Below, in pieces: positions 1 to 6,698 of a stretch of DNA of 36,585 nucleotides (its first letter is position 1; the number at the start of each line of letters is the position of its first letter). A program made the position numbers and the translations under genes. The notes under the pieces were generated by a model. The model saw nothing but the letters and a program-made list of their open reading frames with translations. It made no database searches and was not told where the DNA came from. The stretch covers positions 1 through 36,585 of the forward strand of contig DATDWC010000016.1 in assembly GCA_035289805.1 (NCBI GenBank), given 5' to 3'. This DNA is from Candidatus Peribacterales bacterium (GTDB lineage: Bacteria; Patescibacteriota; Gracilibacteria; Peribacterales; Peribacteraceae).

Positions 1-885
1 GATGCAATTGGCGGCATTGATCTCGATGTACCAGAGACCATTCACGATACGGAGTATCCGGGACCAAACTACTCGTACGAAACATTCCACATCGATGCGG
101 GGCGGCAGCATCTGGATGGAAAAACAGCACTCAAATACGCCCGCACGCGCTCCACGACGAGCGATTTTGATCGCTCCGCTCGCCAGCAGAGAATTATTGA
201 AGCAGTGCTTGAGACCATGAAGGAGAGCGGCCTCGTAAAGCAGCCACGCAAGATCATGGAGCTCTACTCGATTCTTTCCGAGCACCTCCACACCGATCTC
301 AAAACGCGGCAGCTTGTGACACTCACAAACCTCGGACGCGACATCGAGAAGGATCATATCCTCACACTGCAGCTCAATAATGTGAACGGCCTCTACGGCG
401 ATCAGTTGTGGAAGGGGGGCATTCTCTACTCTCCTCCACGAGAGCTCTTCGAAGGCGAATTTGTGATGCTGCCCGTTTCGATCCCGGAGTTCCCGGTCAC
501 CTGGAAGCAGATTAAGCTCCTCATGCACCTCTCCTTCGATAACCGAGAGCTCTACCTCGTGATGCCCCAGATCTCCATCCTCAATGCGGGAGCAGTTGAG
601 GGATCTGCGCGGAAGCTCTCGCGGGAATTTACGAAGTTCGGATTCGAGGTTGTCGAAGTTGCAAATGTTCCTGATCAAAAGGAATTCGCGGAATCCCATG
701 TACTCTATGGCGACAAAAAATACGAAGAGGGAGCAGCGTTCTTTGGGAAGGGGCTCAAGATTCCACCAGAAGAACTCACGGAAATCTGGCGAGGCGTCCT
801 GCAGGATCGTGCCGGCGATATCACCGTGGTCCTCGGTGAAGATTTCTCCTTCCAGTACTTCCAGGATATATTTGGTGTAGAATAG
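1..885 (+). CDS. LytR-CpsA-Psr (LCP) family protein, 5'-truncated by the window edge
   Basis: Frame 1 is open from base 1 and is the same frame as ORF 205..885. It translates to DAIGGIDLDVPETIHDTEYPGPNYSYETFHIDAGRQHLDGKTALKYARTRSTTSDFDRSARQQRIIEAV, which is the conserved LCP core (G.D...P..., L.G..AL.Y.R.R...DF.R..RQQ). Confidence 0.75.
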   Translation, partial: DAIGGIDLDVPETIHDTEYPGPNYSYETFHIDAGRQHLDGKTALKYARTRSTTSDFDRSARQQRIIEAVLETMKESGLVKQPRKIMELYSILSEHLHTDLKTRQLVTLTNLGRDIEKDHILTLQLNNVNGLYGDQLWKGGILYSPPRELFEGEFVMLPVSIPEFPVTWKQIKLLMHLSFDNRELYLVMPQISILNAGAVEGSARKLSREFTKFGFEVVEVANVPDQKEFAESHVLYGDKKYEEGAAFFGKGLKIPPEELTEIWRGVLQDRAGDITVVLGEDFSFQYFQDIFGVE

Positions 886-894
886 CAAAGATAC

Positions 895-1896
895 ATGACC
901 CCACGCGAAATCATCGCCGAAGCCTGGAGTATGACCCAGCGTGAACGGAAGATCCGTGCGTGGGGTTTTGTTTCCGAACTCCTGGAAACACTCCTCGATA
1001 CCAAGCTCCTCGTCTACCAGACGTATTTTGCCTACACCTTCATGCAGGGGGATCCCGTCGGGTTCTTTATCGTGGAGGAGACCCTCATGCAGATTCTGCC
1101 GACCTGGGGATTCATCACATTCATTACCCTTCTCATCATCCTCATCATCCTCGAAATCTTCATTCCTAAGATGTGCCTTGGGGCGATCATCGGACTCGCC
1201 GCCAAAGCTCATAAGAAAGAAGAGGTAAGGGGCGGCCTGGTACTTGCGCTCTACAACTTTCTACCGCTCTTTGCGGTGCGGGAATTCTTTGTGCTTGGAC
1301 ACATTACGATTGTCATCACCATCGGCTCACTCGTCCTCCGGTACATGCCCACAGGGCTCCATATTCCGATCATCTTCCTCGTCCTCGTCTTCTGGTTCCT
1401 CTCCAATATCTTCCGTCTCTTTGCGATCTTCGCAGAGGAGGACATCGTGATCAGGAAGAGCGGCATCTTTGGAGCACTCGGCCGGAGCTTTAAGCTCATC
1501 ATCAGTCACCTGAGTCACGTCTTCTTCCTGTTTCTGCTCCTCCTTGTGATTTCGCTTAGAATTCTCCTCAATGCCATTGTCCTCTTTGTGCTCCCGGCAA
1601 TCATCATCGGCCTGAGCGTGCTCCTCGCTTTCTTCCTCTCCACGGCACTCACAGCGATCTTCACTACCATTGCTGCAATCATCCTCATCCTCTTCACAAG
1701 CTACTTCTTTGCCTACGTCCACGTCTTCACGCAGTCCGTATGGACTATCACCTACATGGAGCTCCAGAAAATGAAGGATCTCGATATCATCGAGGTGGGG
1801 GAAGAAACGCTCTCCACTCTCCCCATAGAGAGCACCTCAGCAGAGGAGGAAGCCGGAGAAATTCCGCAGAGTGAAGCGGTAGGGCAAAATCCTTGA
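895..1896 (+). CDS. Hypothetical polytopic integral membrane protein with an acidic C-terminal tail
   Basis: 333-aa ORF starting 10 nt after the LCP gene. It has several long hydrophobic stretches (e.g. GFITFITLLIILIILEIFIP, IPIIFLVLVFWFLSNIFRLFAIF, FLFLLLLVISLRILLNAIVLFVLPAIIIGLSVLLAFF). I recognised no family motif. Confidence 0.6.
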   Translation: MTPREIIAEAWSMTQRERKIRAWGFVSELLETLLDTKLLVYQTYFAYTFMQGDPVGFFIVEETLMQILPTWGFITFITLLIILIILEIFIPKMCLGAIIGLAAKAHKKEEVRGGLVLALYNFLPLFAVREFFVLGHITIVITIGSLVLRYMPTGLHIPIIFLVLVFWFLSNIFRLFAIFAEEDIVIRKSGIFGALGRSFKLIISHLSHVFFLFLLLLVISLRILLNAIVLFVLPAIIIGLSVLLAFFLSTALTAIFTTIAAIILILFTSYFFAYVHVFTQSVWTITYMELQKMKDLDIIEVGEETLSTLPIESTSAEEEAGEIPQSEAVGQNP

Positions 1897-1921
1897 CGGT
1901 GGACTTTTGTTCACCTATACT
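1893..1921 (+). promoter_or_regulatory. Candidate lexA promoter (TTGACG-N17-TATACT) with an SOS-box-like inverted repeat in the spacer
   Basis: TTGACG lies at 1893-1898 and TATACT at 1916-1921, separated by 17 nt. The spacer holds GGTGGAC-TTTT-GTTCACC (1899-1916). Its core GGAC-N4-GTTC is one mismatch from the Gram-positive Cheo box core GAAC-N4-GTTC. Confidence 0.4.
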
Positions 1922-1980
1922 TGCCCCGTACCCGAGCCCCGCAGGGCGAGTGGTACGGAGCTCCTTCCTTTTTTCTTCTC

Positions 1981-2601
1981 ATGCCCTCCACTCTCTCACT
2001 CACAGAACACCAGAAAACGGTTCTCACCTTCATCAAGGATTTTCAGCGAAAGCGGGGATACTCCCCTTCCCTTGCGGATCTTGCGATTGCGTTCGGGGTA
2101 CGGAGCAAGAATGCCATTGCAAAGGTCGTGAATGTACTCGTGCGGCAGGGATGCATCGAAAAGGACCCCAAAGGTCGAATCAAAATTGTCGATCCCAAGG
2201 CCTCACGTGGAGAAAGTTCCGAACCACTCATGCTCCCTCTCTTCGGTCCGATTGCCGCAGGGTTCGCTGCGCCCGTGGAGGAGCAGGCGGAGGAGCAAGT
2301 GGCACTGATGGATATGCTCGTGCGTGATCCCTCACGTACATTCCTCCTCAGAGTGAAAGGCGATAGCATGATCGATGCCGGCATCTTCCAGGGTGATCTC
2401 GTGATTGTAGAACGTGGTCGCGAGCCGAAGGTGGGCGAGATCGTCGTTGGGATTCTGGATGGCGAATTCACCTTGAAGCGCCTCGCAAAGGAGAAGGGGA
2501 AGTATTACCTCCACGCAGAGAACAAGGAGTACCCGGATTTGCATGCTCTGGAAGAATTGCAGGTGGCGGGGGTGGTGAAGGGCGTAGTGCGAACGATGTA
2601 G
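1981..2601 (+). CDS. lexA: LexA repressor (S24 autopeptidase)
   Basis: N-terminal winged HTH (LTEHQKTVLTFIKDFQRKRGYSPSLADLA). Ala-Gly cleavage region (GPIAAGFAAP). Catalytic Ser in KGDSMIDAGI and catalytic Lys in FTLKRL. I placed the start at the ATG at 1981; the ORF opens at 1921, but that extension has no LexA counterpart. Confidence 0.88.
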   Translation: MPSTLSLTEHQKTVLTFIKDFQRKRGYSPSLADLAIAFGVRSKNAIAKVVNVLVRQGCIEKDPKGRIKIVDPKASRGESSEPLMLPLFGPIAAGFAAPVEEQAEEQVALMDMLVRDPSRTFLLRVKGDSMIDAGIFQGDLVIVERGREPKVGEIVVGILDGEFTLKRLAKEKGKYYLHAENKEYPDLHALEELQVAGVVKGVVRTM

Positions 2602-2634
2602 ACAAAGATTGCTGACTTCATTTTCTCTCCTCTC

Positions 2635-3894
2635 ATGTTTGCTCATATTGATGCTGACGCCTTTTTCGCTTCGGTCCTGCAGCGAAAATATCCAAGACTA
2701 AAGGGGAAAGCCCTCCTTGCTCTCGGTATGGGTGGAGGATGTGTGATTGCAGCAAGTTACGAAGCAAAAGCAAAAGGAGTGAGGACGGGCATGCGGCTCG
2801 TGGATGCAAAGAAGATTGTTCCAGAAGCCATTTTTCTCCCCGCAGACTTCCATGCGACATATGACGCTACACGCCAGCTCTTTGCTCTCTTCGAAAAGTT
2901 CTGTCCAGGAGGTGTGGAACATGCCTCTCCAGATGAAGGATATCTAGATCTAACACACACACGGAGAAGCGTAGCATTCCACACCTCTACAAACGGATGG
3001 GAATCCTTTGCTAGAGAGATCCAATCCGAATCTGACCGCTTCCTCGATCTGCCGATCTCCATCGGCATTGCTCCAACAAAAACTCTCGCCAAAATGGGGA
3101 GCAAACATCGGAAACCCAAAGGGATTTGTATTATTGAGGAAAAGGACAGAGAAGCATTCCTCGGAGAAAAAGATATCAGCTCGATTCCTGGTATCGGGTG
3201 GAAATCGACACCCAAGATGAAGAAACTCGGATTTCTCACTGCGTTCGATTTCGCACATGCCGATCCATTGATCATCGAGAAGGTTCTTGGAAAAACTGGC
3301 TTGGAGCTCCAGAGAGAAATCCGAGGCGAAGCAATCTACAAAGTCATCACGAATCCCCCACCCCCCAAATCCATCTCGCGCTGCCGGAGCTTCCGCGGGA
3401 CAAATGATAGGAATTTCCTCTATTCCCAGGTGATGACCCACCTCCAGCGCTGCTCAAGTAAACTTCGACGCCACGAACTCGAATGTGCGCGGATAGGAAT
3501 ATGGTTCCGAGGGGCGGATTACAAGAGCGGAGCATCAGCAGAGCGATCTATCGGGCGCTATGTGGCAGAAGAATCATTGCTGATGCCCTCTGTGAGGGAA
3601 ATGTTCGAGGAAGTGATTCAAACCCAAGCCCGCTTGCCCCTCGTAGCTCTGCGAAGCAGAGCGAAGTGGGGAGCCCCAACCCGCTTCACCCAAGCCGGCC
3701 TCGTGCTCTCCGATTTTCGCCCCAAAGGCTCCCGGCAGATTTCGCTTTTCGAAGAACCGGAATCCCATGAAGAAATCGCAGCACTTCAAATATCAGTTGA
3801 TTTACTGAGGAAAAAATACGGGACCGAAAGCGTAAGATTCGGTGGAAGCATTTTATTTCATGGAACGCACCCCTCCTGGGGTGCGCTTGAATAA
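2635..3894 (+). CDS. Y-family DNA polymerase (UmuC/DinB-like)
   Basis: MFAHIDADAFFASV...GGCVIAASYEAKAKGVRTGM resembles the UmuC N-terminus. The catalytic D-E pair is present in SPDEGYLDLT. It starts 34 nt downstream of lexA. Confidence 0.85.
   Translation: MFAHIDADAFFASVLQRKYPRLKGKALLALGMGGGCVIAASYEAKAKGVRTGMRLVDAKKIVPEAIFLPADFHATYDATRQLFALFEKFCPGGVEHASPDEGYLDLTHTRRSVAFHTSTNGWESFAREIQSESDRFLDLPISIGIAPTKTLAKMGSKHRKPKGICIIEEKDREAFLGEKDISSIPGIGWKSTPKMKKLGFLTAFDFAHADPLIIEKVLGKTGLELQREIRGEAIYKVITNPPPPKSISRCRSFRGTNDRNFLYSQVMTHLQRCSSKLRRHELECARIGIWFRGADYKSGASAERSIGRYVAEESLLMPSVREMFEEVIQTQARLPLVALRSRAKWGAPTRFTQAGLVLSDFRPKGSRQISLFEEPESHEEIAALQISVDLLRKKYGTESVRFGGSILFHGTHPSWGALE
3637..3671. repeat. In-frame GC-rich palindrome inside the Y-family polymerase gene
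   Basis: CCCC-TCGTA-GCTCTGC-GAA-GCAGAGC-GAAGT-GGGG. It has a 7-bp perfect core stem and 4-bp outer stem. Confidence 0.45.
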
Positions 3895-3925
3895 TTTTCC
3901 AGAGGTACGCTGTTATAATTCCCCC

Positions 3926-6175
3926 GTGTCCAAAAAACCCCACACCGAAGACCACCTCCAGGAACTCCGTACCCGCATTACGAAGGCTCCCCAGGAACCC
4001 GGTATCTACCGCTGGATCAATGCGGAGGGCGACGTTCTATATGTCGGAAAGGCAAAAAATCTGAAGAACAGGTTAAAGAGCTATGTCCAAAAAAAGCCAG
4101 ATCTTGCAATTGGTCCATGGAAGCTGGCACTGCGAGAGGCCCTAGCAGATATCGATTGGACAGTGACAGAAACAGAGCTCGAAGCACTCATTCTCGAGAC
4201 AAACCTGATCAAGGAACTAAAGCCAAAGTACAACGTCCTCATGAAGGATGATAAGAACTACGTGTATGTTCGAATTTCGATAAAGGACCCTTACCCAACA
4301 GTTTCGATCATTCGTCGCATCGAAGATGATAAAGCCAAATACTTTGGCCCCTTCCTTTCCGCTCACCACATCCATCGCACGCTCGATATGCTCCATGATG
4401 TGTATGGGTGGAGAGCATGTGATCGATCAACGGATTTATTGAATAAAGCGGAACATGCTTCGAGACGCCCCGCCGTGTCATCCCGAGTAGCTCAAGGCCA
4501 AGAGGCCGAGAGCGTATCGAGGGACGGCGGGGCTCCTCAGCATGACACTTTAAAACCTTGCCTTGATTTCCAAATCGGCAAGTGTAACGGCCTCTGTGCG
4601 GGCAAAATCACGCAAGAGGAGTATCGGCAGCGCATCGAGGCAATGATGCGATTCTTTAAAGGGGATCGAGGTGACGTGCTCCACAGGCTGAGAGAGAAAA
4701 TGCAGAAAACGGCCGAGAGGAAGCTCTTTGAGGAAGCAGCGAAACTCCGGGATACGCTGAGTTACATAGAATCATTGGAGGAGCAGCAGGTGGTTGCCGA
4801 TACCTCCGGAGCAAATACAGATTACTTTGGAGTTGCACTGCTTGCCGGTCGATCACACGTCGTGATTCTCCGTGAACGCGAAGGTAAACTCATGGGGGAA
4901 CGGAGTTACGCACTCGCAGGACATGCGGATACAGAGGGGGAAGTCCTTGGGCAGTTCATCCCCCAGTACTACATTGCAACAGAGGAAATTCCAGACACCA
5001 TCATCTGTGCCGAAGCTCCAGAAGAGCAGGAAACACTCGAACAATGGCTCAATCAAACGAGACAAACGAAGAAACGCACAACGATTCACGTGCCCGAACG
5101 CGGAAAAAAATCAAAACTCCTCACGATGGCGGAGAGGAATGCAGAGGAGAAAATCAAACAGCAACTTGCCCGGTGGGAAGCCGCAACGGAAAAAGTGGAA
5201 ACAGCCCTGGAAGAGTTACGGGATACTCTCGATCTCCCGGAGAAACCACACCGCATCGAGTGCTACGACATTTCGCACCTCGGTGGAACGGAGACTGTGG
5301 GAAGCATGGTTGTTTTTGTTGATGGCAAAGCCAAAAACAGTGACTATCGTTCATTTACTCTCCGAACGATCCATAAGGGGGAGATTGATGATTATAAGGC
5401 ACTGAAGGAAGTTCTCCGTAGACGCTTAAAATACCTCGTCGAAGATCTCCGCAAGGAAGAATCTGAGTGGAAAGAGCATGGGGTTTCGATCGGGAAGCCG
5501 TGGAAGAAAGACACGGATACTCTCAGTGCGATTATCGAGAGGCATCCCGAAAAATTCTCTACTTTAGAAAAAGAAAAGGAATATGGAGTCTTACGGAAAG
5601 AAGAAAATATTATTGGCATTCTTGAGCTCATTCACCATGGAAAAGATACTGTGGAAATGCACTCACCATGGATCGAAGAGAGTGCAGAGAGTGAGAAACT
5701 CAGTGATTTCTTCGTGCGAAAAACTCTCTCCGGCCAAAAGAAGGGGAAAATCTACATCGTGATCCCCGTAGAACACGAGGAGTATTACGCGCGCATCGGA
5801 TTCCGCTACGTGATCGATCCACCGGAACTATTGCAGAACTCACTCACGGAAGGAAAAATTCTCATGGTCTATATCGCAAAGGATCACAAAGCGGATCCCT
5901 CACTCAACGCAAAACCGGATCTCCTGGTGCTGGATGGCGGCAAAGGGCAACTCGCAGTCGGCATTGAGCTCCTCAAAAACATGAAGCTCAGGATTCCGAT
6001 CGTGAGCCTCGCAAAGCGCGAGGAGGAGGTATTTGTGCCAGGAAATCAGAATTCCATGCCATTTCCTGAGGATTCCGAAGGTCGATTTCTCCTTATGCGC
6101 CTGCGGGATGAAGCCCATCGCTTTGCAAATAGACACCGGGAAAAACGTTTGAAACATTCCCTCTACATGGAATAA
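3926..6175 (+). CDS. uvrC: Excinuclease ABC subunit C with atypical architecture
   Basis: GIY-YIG motif (GIYRWINAEGDVLYVGKAKNLKNRLKSY...ELEALILETNLIKELKPKYN). Cys-rich segment (KPCLDFQIGKCNGLCAG). UVR-like helix (LFEEAAKLRDTLSYIE). Endonuclease domain (IECYDISHLGGTETVGSMVVF...DDYKALKEV...PDLLVLDGGKGQL...LRDEAHRFAN). The ORF opens at 3842 and overlaps the polymerase gene. I prefer the in-frame GTG at 3926, which lies 6 nt after TGTTATAAT (3911-3919). The start is uncertain. Confidence 0.85.
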   Translation: MSKKPHTEDHLQELRTRITKAPQEPGIYRWINAEGDVLYVGKAKNLKNRLKSYVQKKPDLAIGPWKLALREALADIDWTVTETELEALILETNLIKELKPKYNVLMKDDKNYVYVRISIKDPYPTVSIIRRIEDDKAKYFGPFLSAHHIHRTLDMLHDVYGWRACDRSTDLLNKAEHASRRPAVSSRVAQGQEAESVSRDGGAPQHDTLKPCLDFQIGKCNGLCAGKITQEEYRQRIEAMMRFFKGDRGDVLHRLREKMQKTAERKLFEEAAKLRDTLSYIESLEEQQVVADTSGANTDYFGVALLAGRSHVVILREREGKLMGERSYALAGHADTEGEVLGQFIPQYYIATEEIPDTIICAEAPEEQETLEQWLNQTRQTKKRTTIHVPERGKKSKLLTMAERNAEEKIKQQLARWEAATEKVETALEELRDTLDLPEKPHRIECYDISHLGGTETVGSMVVFVDGKAKNSDYRSFTLRTIHKGEIDDYKALKEVLRRRLKYLVEDLRKEESEWKEHGVSIGKPWKKDTDTLSAIIERHPEKFSTLEKEKEYGVLRKEENIIGILELIHHGKDTVEMHSPWIEESAESEKLSDFFVRKTLSGQKKGKIYIVIPVEHEEYYARIGFRYVIDPPELLQNSLTEGKILMVYIAKDHKADPSLNAKPDLLVLDGGKGQLAVGIELLKNMKLRIPIVSLAKREEEVFVPGNQNSMPFPEDSEGRFLLMRLRDEAHRFANRHREKRLKHSLYME
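4467..4533. repeat. In-frame 67-nt GC-rich palindrome inside uvrC
   Basis: Perfect 10-bp termini GCCCCGCCGT/ACGGCGGGGC. Further imperfect pairing surrounds a central GGCC-AAGA-GGCC. Confidence 0.6.
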
Positions 6176-6320
6176 TCATATCCTATAGACCTTCACAAAT
6201 ACAAGAAGAGAGGAATTCCAGGGAGTTTGCAAAACATATTTGAAATATTTAGCAAATACGATCGTCTTCACAAGTAGAAGATGAAAGAGTATCTTTTAAA
6301 GCCCTTCCCTTATTCTTACT

Positions 6321-6698
6321 ATGCGCAGCCTCAAATTCGTTCTCGGTGCTCTCGGCGGTCTCTTTGGAGGCATGCTCCTCACAAATAAAAACCTCCGGAA
6401 AAAAATCCGGGATGCGAAAGATCCAAAGCAAGCAGCACAGATTTTAGGACAGGAAGTACATCGGGGCAGTAAAGAGCTCGCGAAAGAAGCAAAGGAGTGG
6501 GCTCAGAGTGAGGAAGCCCAAAAACAGTGGAAGAATCTGAAGAAGAACGTCAAGAAGGGCTACAACACCATCCAGGATGAAGCGGGAAATATTGCGGGTA
6601 TCGCAGTAGAGAAAACGAAGGAGCACCTCCCCGATGCAACGCACAAGGTAGAGGAGGTCTACAAGAAGGCGAAGAAGCAGGTGGAGAAATGGAGTTGA
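6321..6698 (+). CDS. YtxH-like small membrane-anchored, Lys/Glu-rich protein
   Basis: N-terminal Gly-rich hydrophobic segment (MRSLKFVLGALGGLFGGMLLT) followed by a charged helical region, as in YtxH-family proteins. Confidence 0.5.
   Translation: MRSLKFVLGALGGLFGGMLLTNKNLRKKIRDAKDPKQAAQILGQEVHRGSKELAKEAKEWAQSEEAQKQWKNLKKNVKKGYNTIQDEAGNIAGIAVEKTKEHLPDATHKVEEVYKKAKKQVEKWS

Noticed and set aside
1921-1980. A 20-aa N-terminal extension of LexA (MPRTRAPQGEWYGAPSFFLL).
   Set aside because: It has no counterpart in LexA proteins. It would be encoded by the hairpin and T-tract region. The ATG at 1981 gives a canonical LexA N-terminus.
3866-3898. The hairpin CGCACCCC-TCCT-GGGGTGCG at the 3' end of the polymerase gene, considered as an intrinsic terminator.
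   Set aside because: I kept it only as a weak possibility. The TTTT tract is separated from the stem by 9 nt and is short, so I did not list it as a feature. It does sit just before the uvrC extended -10, consistent with uvrC having its own promoter.
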